Source of the DNA: an uncultured Myxococcales bacterium
Lineage (GTDB): Bacteria > Myxococcota_A > SURF-8
NCBI GenBank assembly: GCA_964437525.1
Contig: CAYTHG010000003.1
Span: 1-44,584, forward strand
Direction of reading: 5' to 3'
Length of the DNA stretch: 44,584 bases
Shown: positions 44,570-44,584 of the stretch, piece after piece
Numbering within the stretch: the stretch's first letter is position 1
How the letters are laid out: every line of letters starts with the position of its first letter
Position numbers and translations under genes: made by a program
Notes under the pieces: generated by a model
Told to the model about the DNA's origin: nothing
Databases searched by the model: none
The model's input: the letters and a program-made list of their open reading frames with translations, nothing else

Positions 44570-44584
44570 GCATATCAAAACGAT

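Overview
This is a 44.6-kb, gene-dense chromosomal segment with about 29 protein genes. I found no rRNA, tRNA, CRISPR array, transposase or integrase by eye.

Blocks:
1. 0.3-3.6 kb: a PilZ / tandem-PilZ / FAD-oxidoreductase operon.
2. 3.6-13.2 kb, minus strand: a signalling block. It holds a REC + coiled-coil regulator, then a tightly coupled six-gene operon. That operon encodes a PEGA-tailed Ser/Thr kinase, a membrane protein, an FHA-GAF-sigma54 activator, two lipoproteins and a sensor-less histidine kinase.
3. 14.1-24.7 kb: an extracytoplasmic polysaccharide-modification locus. It has two NodB-type deacetylase fusions, a hexapeptide acetyltransferase, a Wzx-type flippase, a GT-C glycosyltransferase and a heparinase II/III-like domain. 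No cytoplasmic GT2/GT4 genes are present.
4. 24.7-25.9 kb: a noncoding scar with three terminators, REP-like palindromes and gene remnants. It is followed by an AT-richer AAA-ATPase + RloB (AbiL-type) defence pair.
5. 28.7-34.7 kb: an operon of three exported proteins, namely a C45-family hydrolase, a beta-barrel outer-membrane protein and a penicillin-acylase-family Ntn hydrolase.
6. 34.8-39.0 kb: a membrane protein, a strongly AT-rich orphan radical SAM enzyme with an N-terminal SPASM-like Cys cluster, and a MATE exporter.
7. 39.2-44.6 kb: a Cys-rich repeat lipoprotein behind a near-consensus sigma54 promoter, and a TLC-transporter/HEAT-repeat fusion.

The mix of Ser/Thr kinase, FHA, sigma54, PilZ, coiled-coil regulator and acidic lipoproteins suggests a Myxococcota/Bdellovibrionota-like (former Deltaproteobacteria) host. 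That lineage call is inference only.

All domain calls come from motif recognition by eye. No searches or computations were run, apart from a few hand counts that are stated where used. No single element is unambiguously a new system. The best candidates for follow-up are the dual-acylase/OMP operon, the permuted radical SAM gene, the NodB-heparinase locus and the kinase/FHA-EBP/HK operon.
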